64,000 bases of DNA from Azolla caroliniana. Taxonomy: Eukaryota; Plantae; Polypodiophyta. A program made the translations under genes and the position numbers. Below are positions 13,328 through 24,000 of this stretch, one piece after another (within the stretch, counting starts at the first letter, position 1; each line of letters begins with the position of its first letter). The stretch lies in NCBI GenBank assembly GCA_043228905.1, contig JBHGNT010000002.1:15624001-15688000 (forward strand), in the 5' to 3' direction. The notes under the pieces are model-generated. The model ran no database searches. It saw only the letters and a list, made by a program, of their open reading frames with translations, and was not told the DNA's origin.

Positions 13328-14496
13328 AGTACTCCCTTTAACTTTTGCAGATATGCTCACTCCATGCTTACCATCTCCATCTTTGACCCATCTTTGATTT
13401 TGGGTCAACCTATGTAAATTGTGCAAACACCCATTGTCTAGGCATAAAATAATACCATGTTAAAACTTGCGAAATTTGAGAAATGTAACTCCAAATCTGA
13501 CAAGCAATTGAACATTGTATAAAAGGATCGAGTATTATCTTACATTGAACAATGCAAAAGAAGCAATTACTCGTTGCTTGTTACCATACGAGATGTACGG
13601 AGAGTTGAGTGTGATGAGTGAGGGTGAAAGATTATAGGGTTGTGTCAATGTGTAATGTATACGATTACAAGTGTGAGTATATGTGTGATTGTGGACAAAT
13701 AGGAAAGGGTGTGAGTGAGTCATAGGTGTGGATGGCTAAAGGGGCGTGTAACCCTATGTATCTAATTTCATTGTAACTATTTAACCCCCTTATGGTGAAT
13801 GAATGAAGAATGCAGTATTTTCCCTCCCTAATCTCTCTCTCTCTCTCTCTCTCTCTAGAATTGCATGGGAAGCAAGCAAAAAGATCCAAAAGATGCATAA
13901 AAGCAAAATTTTGTGTTCCGGTTGGATGCAAGATATGGAAAAATGGTTTGGTAGATGGGATGCAAGACACTTGCTTCATGATGCATCACTAGATTTCTCT
14001 GTAAATGAGGCCTTTTTGCAACGCCAATGTATCATGACATGGGACAAATGTGGAGGCTCATGCTTCACACATTATACTACACATGTTGCACCTAACTACA
14101 AAACCATATTCACGGCGGAACGGGGAAATCACACACATCAATAGATGTCAGAGCCCATCTTGTTACTTGCCATTCGAACCATTGCGATCATGGGACTTAG
14201 CTCACATGCATTGCAATGTGAGATGGGGCACATGTGATGAGAGTGGCCGGCTATGCACACTTTGATACAATGCTCTGCCTTTGATCATATTCGACCATGC
14301 TTGCCACATATCTTTGACGAAGCCCAATCCTTGCACGAATTTCTCTCCCAAACACAATGTGCACTCTCGATTGCAACATTCATTGGTAAAGTTCTTGCAC
14401 ATCGAGAGTCGCTACTCACGTTCACACGTATCACATGAAATGTAATATTTTTGGTCTCATAGGTCATATTTGACCTTTGAAGACGATAATAGAATC

Positions 14497-14527
<31 letters not shown>

Positions 14528-14800
14528 CTCCCTCACGTTGAAGCCCCCCCTTGGGAGGGGGGTGGCCCCATTCTAGGCCCCATCCCCCACCCTAGAATGC
14601 TTAACAATATCTCCGCCATCACAACGTTCATCATCAATCCATCATCATCGCTAACCCTATTTCTATCTTCATTATCATCATTATCATAATTATTAACCCT
14701 AACCCTAAACCTATAACATTGCTAGTACACGATGCTTTAGAGCTAGTAATCCCAAATGCAATCCTCCAATCAAAACTCTCCAAATGAAGAACTTTGCTAC

Positions 14801-17800
14801 TGTAAAGAATCAAGAGATGGATTCTTGTGAAGCGGAAGAGATATGAGTTATGTGTGTGTATGAGAGAGAGAGAGAGAGAGTGAGAGAGAGACAAGGAATA
14901 CGCAATGTAAAAGTATATTGACAAAGGAGAAAGACACAACATGTTACAAGGTGGGAGGAGGGTGCTTTATGTAGTCACCCTCTCTCTTCATTAACTACAA
15001 GCCTCATGGAGCATGGGGAATGTGAAAGCTCATAAGTTATGTGTCATAGAATATGATTCTATGACTCATACTAAATGCTAGAATACAAAGTGGTGACATA
15101 ATGGTGACTCTTGACCGTTGGAGTGTCTCTTCACTCTCAAGGCGAGTTCACACACTAGACCAAGTTGAGCTTGATTCTCAACACGCCCCCTCAAGCTCAA
15201 GTCGGGTCGGTTTCAGACGGTATCCGAAATCCGCTTCAACTCGCGTTCTGGAGTCCGCGTTGACTCGTGTCGACTCACATGTATGCGGAGTTGCAGAATC
15301 CGTGCTCCAGCTTGCGTTGTGCATAGTTACGAAGTCTATGCTTCCGCTTGCGTGCGTAGTAACTGTTGCGAAGTCTGTGCTTTGGCTTGCGTCTTTCTTC
15401 GCGGCTTTGTTGCGTGGTTGCGGAATCCACGCGTTATTGCGTAGTGTCTTCAGTACTCCCCCTCAAGCTTGGCAGGTCAGGGATCGTCAATCCGAGATCG
15501 GTCATGAATCGCCATAACTTGTCGGCTCCTAAGGCTTTAGTGAAGATGTCAGTCGTTTGAAGATTGGTGCTAATGTGCTGTAGGTCGACATCGCCAGCTA
15601 GAACGCGCTCTCGGATGAAGTGATAATGCACTTCGATGTGCTTTGTACGCACGTGGAACACCGGGTTCCGAGCCAGATAAATACTGCTTATGTTGTTGCA
15701 TTAAAGGGGAGTTGGATCCTTGATGGGAACGCCCAAATCCTTCAAAATCCTCTTAAGCCATATGGCTTCACATGCAGCTACGGTTGCGCCCCTATATTCC
15801 GCCTCCGTACTCGAAAGAGCGACGGTAGGCTGCTTCTTGCTACTCCAGGATATTGCTCCGCTGCCGAGGGAGAAAACAAATCCGGAGGTTGATCTTCTAT
15901 CGGCTTTGTAGCCGGCCCAATCGGCGTCTATGTACCCCTCAAGTCGTATTGGCATCGCGGTCTTGTAGAGGATGCCACAATCCATTGTGCCGCTCACGTA
16001 GCGTAGAACTCGCTTAGCGCAATCCAAGTGAGTATCACGCGGTGTTTGCATGAATTGGCTAAGGAGACCGACCGGATAACTCAGATCGGGTCGTGTGATC
16101 GTGAGGTAGATGAGACTCCCGATGAGTTGTCGATATTGAGTCGGCTCACACGCTTTGGTGCCGGAGTTCGCATCTAGTTTGAGATTACGATCGAGTGGGG
16201 TTGCCACGGATTTGCACTCAGTCATCCCGAACTTGTATAACAAGTTGAGGATGTAGTGCCGTTGAGAGATTATGATTCTGGCCGGAGTCTGAATGACCTC
16301 GATGCCGAGGAAGTAGTGGAGCTCCTTCATGTCCGTCATCTCGAACTTGTCAGAAAGGAGGGATTTGACTTTATTGATTTCGACGAGATGCTCACCTCCA
16401 ATGACTAGGTCATCCACATATAAAATGATGTCGATCGGATTTGCGGAATCGCTTCGTATGTAGAGTGAGTTGTTTGATTTTGACATACGGAAGCCGATTT
16501 GATGAAGATATTGCGTTATCTTTGAATGCCAAGCACGCGGTGCTTGCTTGAGGCCGTAGAGAGGCTTCTTGAGTCGGCAAACAACTTTCGGATGGGTGCT
16601 CGAGTTGAAGCCGGGTGGTTGTATCATGTACACCTCCTCTTCTAATTCGCCTTGTAGAAAGGCGTTCTTGACGTCCATTTGATGGAGGTGCCACCCTTTT
16701 GCCGCGGCAAGCGCAATTACGGTCCGCACCGTTGTCATCTTTGCCACTGGGGCAAAGGTCTCTTCGTAGTCGACGCCATGCGTCTGAGCGTATCCTTTCG
16801 CTATGAGTCGAGCTTTGTAGCGGTTTACGGAACCATCAGCATTATACTTCACCTTGTAGATCCATCTGCATCTGATCACCTTTTTGTGTGGTGAGGTGGG
16901 AACGAGATCCCACGTCTCGTTCTTCCGTAGTGCCTGCACCTCTTTGTTCATTGCTTCGATCCATCGCGGGTCCTTTGCGGCTTCCGAAAAGGTTTCCGGC
17001 TCCCGTACTGTCGCTACCTTCATCATAAAGGCGTAATGGTACGCCATATAATCGTTGTAGCCGAATCGGCTTACGGGGTTCTTTTCACGGGTGGATCGAC
17101 GGAGTTTTTCATTTGCAGAGATGAGGGCTTTCTTAGCTCCGATTGGTACCTCGAAACCGCCGAACTCATTATCGAGTGAGTGAGTCGATTCATTGTCGTC
17201 GAAGCGATCGTCTTCATATTCCGCCATTTTCGCCTTGCCTTTGTCCATCTTCGGGCTAGGCCGTGATGTGCTTTGATCGCTCAAAGGCTCTTGTGGTCCG
17301 CTCAGTCGGGTTGTGATCGGACTTTCTTTGAACATGCGCGTAAGGTGATCTTCATCCTCTATCTCTTGTTCGGTGGATTCCGGGTCGAGCGGGGTCGGAG
17401 TCGAAGTTGTCTCTGGTGCGTACCAGGATGCGGACTCGTCAAAGACGACGTCTCGACTTACCCGAGATTTTCGAGTTGAGGGGTTGTAGCACTTGTACCC
17501 CTTTTGCTCCAGTGAGTATCCTACGAGGATACATTTCTCTGACTTCGGGTCGAGCTTTTGACGCTTCTCTTCGGGGATGTGCACGTACGCAATAGAGCCG
17601 AATATCCGAACATGTGATAGGTTCGGCTTCTTTCCGAAGAATCTTTCGTGCGGAGTGACCTCGTGCACGCCGGATGTTGTGCACCGGTTTATTAGGTAGA
17701 CGGCTGTATTTGCCGCTTCGGCCCAATATGACTTGGGCATATGCTTCTCGTTCATCATGGCCCGCACTACTTCAAGGATGTGCCGATTTTTGCGCTCGGC

Positions 17801-20239
17801 TACTCCGTTTTGTTGCGGAGTGTGTCGGCAAGTGAATTCTCGCCGAATTCCTTCCTTTCGGAGATACGTCGTGAAATTGTCCGAGAAGTACTCCTTGCCG
17901 CCATCCGATCGAAGGCATCGTACATGTCGGCCCGTGGCTTTCTCGACTTCATTCTTGAACTTTTGGAAGTGTCCGAACACTTCGCTCTTTTGCCGCATCG
18001 GATAGATCCAAGTGTACCTAGAAAAGTCGTCGATGAAGAGCACATAATATCGGCATTTGCCGAATGTTGCCGTTTGGGCTGGACCCCATACATCAGAATG
18101 AATTACGTCGAGAGTTCGATAACGACTCCTTCAATCTCCTTCTCTTTGAATGTCGGGAGTTCGATAACGACTCCTTTCGATCTCATTGCTTTGAGTTTGT
18201 TGAGATTGATGTTGCCGATTCGTTTATGCCATAGCTCTATGTCGGAGTCAGCTTTCGTGCTTTTCGCGAACATGGCGGATTTCATCTCGTGCGAATCGAG
18301 AATGAACATCCGGCCCTCTCTTCTTCCGCGTGCAATGATTCGGCCTTCTTTTTCGATGAAGCACCCTTATTGGTCGAATCGTACTTGCATCCCTTGCTCA
18401 ACCATTTGGCCGACCGAGACCAAATTCTTTGTGATGGTGGGTACATGCAAGACATTTTTAATGTATGTTTGCTTACCTCTTTCGCCGAATGGAACATTGC
18501 CGATGTGCCGAATCGGGTGCGTAGTGTCATCTCCGGTTTCGACATAACCGGGTTGCTCCGGCTCTCGAAGTTCGAGAAACCATTCTTTGTGGGATGTCAT
18601 ATGGTTTGGGGCTCCGGAGTCAACAAACCATACGTCCTCCGGATTGAGGGCACTAGTTGAGGTAGAGGCCGACATAGAGTTTGCTCTATGTTTCATCATG
18701 AACATTCCGCCACGGTTGGAGTTCCATGCATACATTCCGCCACGATCTTCGTAGTTGGAGTTGTTCCCGTACATTCCGCTATACTCTTCATAGTCGAAAT
18801 TGTGTGCGTAATTCGTGAGTTGTCGGCTTGTGGAAGCCGATTCACGCATCTTCTTTCGGCACTCTTCTTCGTGGTGGCCTAGCTTTCAGCAATATCCGCA
18901 TTCGGTTGCGTTTTCACGGCTAGGGCCGGATTGGAAGCTCCCCCTTCTTGTGAAGGTTCCTCGTTGGTCTCCGTTTTGCGGCCAAAATTGGGAGTTGTTG
19001 TCGTAGGTCGGACCTTGTCCGCCTTGTCCTTGGCCGAATCGGCCTCTCGCTCGTCCGCGTCCTCTTCCTCCATTAGAGTGCGTGTAGAGCATGTGGCCTT
19101 CTGACTCATTGCTCCTTGTACGCACGTGGTTTTCTTAGACCAATAGCATTGATTAGAGCTCGAAGAAGGAGGGAGATTTCTCCCGTGCTAGAACGGCGGT
19201 TCGCATAGCGCCGAACCATGGTGCGAGGCCGCCGAGGCATATTTGCACCATCTCATCATCATCTATACTTATGCTTATTGAGCCGAGCGAGTCGCAAAGC
19301 TCCTTGATCTTCAAGGTGTATGTCGTGATGGACATGTCCCTTTGTTGAATGTTGTTCAACTCTTGGCGGAGTTGAAGCTTCCTCGCGGTCGTGTTGGCGG
19401 CGAAAATCTTTCATAGATTTTCCCACGCTTCCTTCGGCGTCTTGGCTTCTCGAATGTAACCGAGCATGTGGTTGTGAACACATGTCTCCAAACAATACAT
19501 CACGCGGCTTGCGGCTTGCGGCTTGCTCCCATGTCGCGTATCCGGGAGCCGCTTCGGCGGGTCGGTCTTCATGCGCTCCTTTGATGTAGCTCCAATAGAC
19601 TTGTCCGACAAGGTATTGGTGCATCTTGTACTCCCAAGATGTGAAGTTGTTTCGATCCAACTTCTCGGTAGGGAGAGTGCTCCCCATTTGAGTATTCATT
19701 ATATCGATTCTTCTTCTTCTTCTTCTCCCTTTGAATGCGAGCTATGTAGCGAAGCTACGATAGCTATGAGCCGGTTCTTGGTCGTCGGTGTAGAGCACAA
19801 CACACGATCACGATGAGGCGAATGGGCTAGATCGAGCTACCAAATCGCTCTTATACCATGTAAAGAATCAAGAGATGGATTCTTGTGAAGCGGAAGAGAT
19901 ATGAGTTATGTGTGTGTATGAGAGAGAGCGAGAGAGTGAGAGAGAGACAAGGAATACGCAATGTAAAAGTATATTGACAAAGGAGAAAGACACAACATGT
20001 TACAAGGTGGGAGGAGGGTGCTTTATGTAGTCACCCTCTCTCTTCATTAACTACAAGCCTCATGGAGCATGGGGAATGTGAAAGCTCATAAGTTATGTGT
20101 CATAGAATATGATTCTATGACTCATACTAAATGCTAGAATACAAAGTGGTGACATAATGGTGACTCTTGACCGTTGGAGTGTCTCTTCACTCTCAAGGTG
20201 AGTTCACACACTAGACCAAGTTGAGCTTGATTCTCAACA
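14801..20239 (-). mobile_element. Ty1/copia LTR retrotransposon A, full-length, young, coding region disrupted
   Basis: LTRs 19859-20239 (5') and 14801-15183 (3') differ by about 2 substitutions and a 2-bp microsatellite indel. Perfect TSD GCTAC. PBS TGGTATAAGAGC (iMet-type, 1 mismatch). PPT at 15184-15197. Confidence 0.97.
15434..19699 (-). pseudogene. gag-pol of copia A (Gag, PR, INT, RT, RNase H)
   Basis: EKLDRNNF (Gag), CGYC..GH knuckle, WFVDSGAPNHM (PR), LRSDGGKEY and PQQNGVAERKN (INT), YVDDL (RT), FHVRTKHIEVHYHF (RNase H). A 780-aa open stretch spans 15701-18043; several stops and frameshifts lie elsewhere. Confidence 0.95.
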
Positions 20240-21033
20240 GCTACAAGTGACAATTTAGAATGCCAACTACATTTTAAGATCTACCACCACCCATGATCAG
20301 ATTTGTGTATTTTCGATTTTTCTTCAGCCTTCGAGGATATCCATCCAAGGGACTCAACGGATCAATGATACAAAAGATTAATAGTAACGTGTAATAGCAA
20401 TGCCTGACCCCATAAAGACCAATCAATCCATGATTGTTCTCCTGTTTGTAGAGGTAAAGGACCTTGCATCAATGCAATATTTTGTAGTTGTTGTAAGATA
20501 AACACATAATTAGGTGGGATGTGTAATAATTGTTGTGCTTCAACAAACTCCAAAATTCTTTGAGATGGAGCTTCAACTATATCTCCCACCTCTTTGATCC
20601 CCAAATGAATAAATTGAGATCGCAATCTATCCTTTTCGGCCAACATAATAACCGAGAAGACATGTAAGTAACTCTTTTTGCAAAGAATTACAATGCTCTC
20701 TACTCGATGATGGTTTCCATACACATAACAAGAGTGCTTCTTGCGATGAGTAAACCATAGGTTGAACACATGAAGACCCTAAACTCTTACGTGAAATACA
20801 TCCATTCAATAATTGCTAGCATGAAGCATTAATTGTTGTCTTTCCATGTGTTAAACCCTTGTTCTCAAGGAAATATTGAACAATAGATATCCATGGTTGT
20901 GACTCTGAACACATGTCTTGTAATAATGAAAATTTACGAGCCATCATATGCATAGATAAAATATTTCTCTCTTTGAGATGGTGTTTTATGTTTGTCTAAT
21001 GTCCTTTTTTTGGGGGGTGCTGGGTGTGGTTAA

Positions 21034-24000
21034 TGAAAAGAATTGCGTGCGGAAGCAATATAGAAAACTGAACAATAGAAAACGCAGGTTTAATGGAAAG
21101 CTTAGGTTTGTAGAGTACGCACGGGAGAGACAGAGAGATAGAGTAAACACAGAACTTAATTCAAAAAATAATACTCAATCTGTACATAGGATGTGCTCAG
21201 TGAGCACTTTTATACAAGCCTTGACAATCGGGCTGACACAAGTACTGACAGTACTTGACTGCTCATAAATGAGCCTCGACTCTTACTCCCAAAACTATTC
21301 CTTACGAGGAATATCTTTCTAACGGCCTTTCAGTTTACGCACCGATACGGCCTTCCTACGCACCGGTTTGCGTACCGGTTTATGCATCCGTTTTACGCAC
21401 CGGTCCGGCCTAACCGATCGGTCCCAACCGATCCGGTCCTTGGCTTGCTCAGCCGATCCGGCCGATGTTGAGCTTGTCTCTCAACACTCCCCCTCAAGCT
21501 CAACTTGAGGCTCTTCGAGATCTTCCGGATCACCGCTCCGATTCCTCCTGGCTCCACGCCTCATTCACGCTCCTCGGCCTGTTTGACTCCGTGCTCTTCG
21601 ACCCTTCCGGTTGGTATGGCCCTTCACAGCTCCCTTGCTGTGGTGGTGTTGGCGCTTCTCTTGCTGCCTTCTTTTCTGCTTGGCCCTCGGTTGATTCAGC
21701 GTATCTGAATCAAACACTCGAACCGACTCGGCTACCTCCGATCGGTTTTCGCTCTCGTTCGAGTTGGCTGTCTCCAACTCGTTTTCGGTCTTCTCGCCCT
21801 TGACGGCATCATCTCCCCCATGCTTGGTTGGCGTTGGCTCTTTCTTCCGGCTACTCCCCTTATGGCCACTTTCGGACTCTTCCGCGGATCCGCCCTCGGC
21901 TTCTTCAGCCGATTTGAAATCTAATTCCGACTCGGTGTCGCGGTCTTCTCCGCTCCTTTCTTGCTTCCTTCCATGGTCATTCGGGAAGTCTCTCCCCCTC
22001 AAGTTTGGCACGTTGAGGTGACGCAATCCAAGCACACCTGAGAATTGCCGCAACTTGTCCAGACCAAGGGGCTTGGTGAAGATGTCGGCAGTTTGCCGAT
22101 CCGTCGGAACATACTGAAGTTGGACTTCACTAAAAAGGACACACTCACGGACAAAATGGTAGTGCACCTCAATGTGTTTGGTCCGTGTGTGGAAAACGGG
22201 GTTCTTTGCGAGCTGGATGTTGCTAAGGTTGTCGCAGTAGATCATCGTCGGATCGGACACCTCCTCTTGCAGGTCCTGAAGTAGCCGCTACAACCATATG
22301 GCTTCGCATGTTGCAACAACCGCTCCTCTATACTCAACTTCGATGCTCGACAGTGCAACTGTCGGCTGCTTCTTAGTGCTCCACGCTATTGCGGCACTCC
22401 CAAGAGAGAACGCGTATCCGGACGTGGATTGGCGATCGGCGGCGTTGCTAGCCCAATCAGCGTCGGTGTAGCCGACCAACTGCGAAGCTGTACCGGTCCG
22501 ATATAGCAGTCCCCGGTCCGTAGTGCCACTTACGTACCGCAGTACGCGTTGCGCACACTGAAGGTGCTCCTCGGTAGGTCGCGCCATAAACTGATTGATC
22601 ACCCCGACCGGATAACTGAGATCGGGTCGAGTGATTGTCAAGTAAATAAGGCTTCCGACAATTTGTCGGAACCTCATCAGGTCGCACACCTTTCTGGATT
22701 TGGGGCGACGCTTGGCGGTTCTATCAAGAGGAGTCGAGACGGACTTACAGTCTGCCATCTCGAATTTGAAGAGCATATACAACGCGTAATGGCGTTGGCT
22801 GATCAATATGCCTTCGGGGGTATGGATCACTTCGATCCCGAGGAAGTAATGAAGATCCCCCAGATCCTTCATGTCGAACGATGCCGCAAGCAGGAGCTTC
22901 ACGTGGTTGATTTCACCTAGGTCGGCGCCGGTGATGACCAAGTCATCAACATAGAGTAAAATACTGACCGACCCGAGTCGACCTTTCCGAATGAACAGTG
23001 AGGAATCCGATTTTGAAGTCGTAAAGCCCATCCGACGCAGTCGATGTGTGAACTTCGCATTCCAGGCACACGGGGCTTGCTTCAGTCCGTAAAGGGACTT
23101 CTTCAGTCAGCACATTGCCGACGTGTTCGTTCCGGAGTGAAATCCGGGGGGTTGTACCATGTACACTTGTTCCTCAAGCTCACCTTGCAGGAACGCGTTC
23201 TTTACATCCATCTAATGTAAGTGCCACCCCTTGGCCGCGGCTACCACGAGCAAAACACGGACGGTCGTCATCTTCGCGACCGGCGCAAACGTCTCATCGT
23301 AGTCCATGCCGTGTTTCTGCGTGTAGCCTTTCGCTACTAACCGGGCCTTCTATCGGTTGACCGAGCCGTCGGTGTTGTACTTGACCTTGTACACCGACCT
23401 ACATCCGATCGGCTTCACACCCTTCGGTGCATCAACCAGGTCCTAGGTCTCGTTTTTCGATAGTGCGTGCATCTCTTCCTCTATTGCGGTGCGCCAATTC
23501 GCGTCCTGAGCCGCTTCTGCGTAGCTCTCCGGCTCACGCACTTCCACTACACGGGTCATGTATGCATAGTAATGCGCCATGTACTCGTTGTATCCGAACC
23601 GCATAACTGGGTTCTTTTGGCGGGTAGATCGGCGTAATCGGTCATTAGCCGATGTCGAGGTCTTCTCGGCTGATGCGGACTTCGCTCTTGAAGACCCGTC
23701 ATCGCTTCCCTCGGAGTCGGACTCGCGTCGGTCTGACTCGTTTCTATCTGTTCCGGAATCCGACACCTTTTTCTTCCCTTTCTCTTTGCACGTAAGCCGT
23801 CTCCTCGGCTTCCTGCGCGGGGAATGTACGACCGAGTCTCCACTACTCGCCGGCTCTTCATCGGACTGGTTGAAACGACTCAGTCTTCCATTCGGTCCAC
23901 TTAACCGAAACAAAATCGGACTCCCTTCGGGGGTCCCGATTTCAGGCTCAGCCGGAGGCACCTCGGCCTCGCTGTCCTCATCGTCAGAACTCAGATTGGA

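Larger units (their letters stand above)
14750..20940 (-). mobile_element. L1-type LINE fragment (post-RT/zf-RVT region) split by copia A
   Basis: Joining the flanks of A restores WHSKLSLVAKFFIWRVLIGGLHLG on the minus strand, homologous to WCSR*MLQAKIFIWRIMVGALQLG in the LINE at ~1845-1915. The ORF at 20362-20769 has LGIKEVGDIV. Confidence 0.7.

Noticed and set aside
14694-14712. Interstitial telomere
   Set aside because: Only about three mixed CCCTAA/CCCTAAA units.
15101-15517. Hydrophobic antisense ORF as an env-like gene of copia A
   Set aside because: It is short, starts in the LTR, and its hydrophobicity is the mirror image of the basic repeats on the other strand; no counterpart is evident in E.
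17741-18547. Long ORFs antisense to copia pol (also 23579-24094, 24857-25381, 34502-35218 and others)
   Set aside because: Shadow frames of GC-rich coding sequence with no recognisable motifs.
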